Origin: an uncultured Erysipelotrichaceae bacterium
GTDB lineage: Bacteria > Bacillota_I > Bacilli_A > Erysipelotrichales > Erysipelotrichaceae
Direction: 5' to 3'
DNA length: 5,554 nt
Assembly: GCA_964457525.1 (NCBI GenBank)
Contig: CAYWGS010000102.1
Coordinates: forward strand, 1 to 5,554
This document shows, one piece after another, positions 5,251-5,554 of this stretch; position 1 is the first letter of the stretch; each line of letters opens with the position of its first letter. A program made the translations under genes and the position numbers. The notes under the pieces are model-generated. The model was not told the origin of the DNA. It did not search any database and saw only the letters and a list, made by a program, of their open reading frames with translations.

Positions 5251-5554
5251 ATGAAAAAAACACTTTATTTAATGAGACATGGTCAAACTCTGTTTAATGT
5301 CAGACGAAAGGTACAAGGTTTTTGTGATTCGCCTTTAACTGAACTTGGTATTAAACAAGCACAGATCGCTCGTCGTTATTTTGATAACAATCACATCACT
5401 TTTGATCAAGCATACTCTTCCACATCCGAAAGAGCGAGTGATACTTTAGAAATTATTACAAGTCATGAATACAAACGTCTCAAAGGATTAAAAGAATGGA
5501 ACTTTGGAACCTTTGAAGGTGAGAGTGAAGACTTAAACCCTAAACTACCTTACG
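5251..5554 (+). CDS. Histidine phosphatase family protein (PGAM superfamily, GpmB/PhoE-like phosphatase branch), 3'-truncated by the window edge
   Basis: This ORF is absent from the supplied track. My manual translation from ATG 5251 has no stop through 5553: MKKTLYLMRHGQTLFNVRRKVQGFCDSPLTELGIKQAQIARRYFDNNHITFDQAYSSTSERASDTLEIITSHEYKRLKGLKEWNFGTFEGESEDLNPKLPY. It contains the catalytic RHG motif, the QG..DSPLT..G..QA pattern, SS..RA..T and the E.NFG.FEG motif. Confidence 0.85.
   Translation, partial: MKKTLYLMRHGQTLFNVRRKVQGFCDSPLTELGIKQAQIARRYFDNNHITFDQAYSSTSERASDTLEIITSHEYKRLKGLKEWNFGTFEGESEDLNPKLPY

Noticed and set aside
5254-5260. A7 homopolymer directly after the start codon of the histidine phosphatase gene, a possible slipped-strand phase-variation tract
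   Set aside because: Seven A residues encoding Lys-Lys are common at N-termini in AT-rich genomes and shorter than typical phase-variable tracts. A single sequence gives no evidence of length variation.
1-5554. Window-wide search for a defence system, toxin-antitoxin pair, CRISPR array, mobile element, RNA gene or riboswitch
   Set aside because: All intergenic gaps are 63 nt or shorter, too short for a riboswitch, T-box or array. Every long ORF has a confident housekeeping assignment. I saw no direct-repeat arrays, terminal inverted repeats or compositional break by eye. The window appears to be ordinary core genome.

Overview
This AT-rich window looks like low-GC Bacillota (Erysipelotrichia/Mollicutes-like is only a guess). 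It holds six co-directional plus-strand genes with very short gaps. In order they are: the 3' part of the replicative helicase loader dnaI (runs off the left edge), pfkA, pyk, a ROK-family sugar kinase, an M29 (PepS/AmpS-type) aminopeptidase, and the 5' part of a histidine-phosphatase (PGAM-superfamily) gene that runs off the right edge and is missing from the supplied ORF track. I see no tRNA/rRNA, CRISPR array, transposase, integrase, terminal repeats or defence-type genes. This is an ordinary core-metabolism locus, and I cannot support a claim of a novel multi-gene system. Eight points merit a second look. (1) The ROK kinase lacks the His/Cys zinc motif that defines the family. (2) PfkA carries Asn in place of the Arg of the conserved MGR active-site motif. 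(3) pfkA, pyk and the ROK kinase, candidates for the three irreversible kinase steps of glycolysis, lie next to each other. (4) A perfect 8-bp inverted repeat lies just upstream of the pfkA ribosome-binding site. (5) The pfkA start is probably mis-called (ATG 647, not GTG 641). (6) A weak hairpin after the aminopeptidase gene may end the cluster. (7) Pyruvate kinase has His in place of Gln in its ATQML(E/D)SM motif. (8) The unlisted histidine-phosphatase gene at the right edge belongs to the broad phosphatase branch, not to true phosphoglycerate mutase. All four minus-strand ORFs in the track are antisense shadows of these genes.
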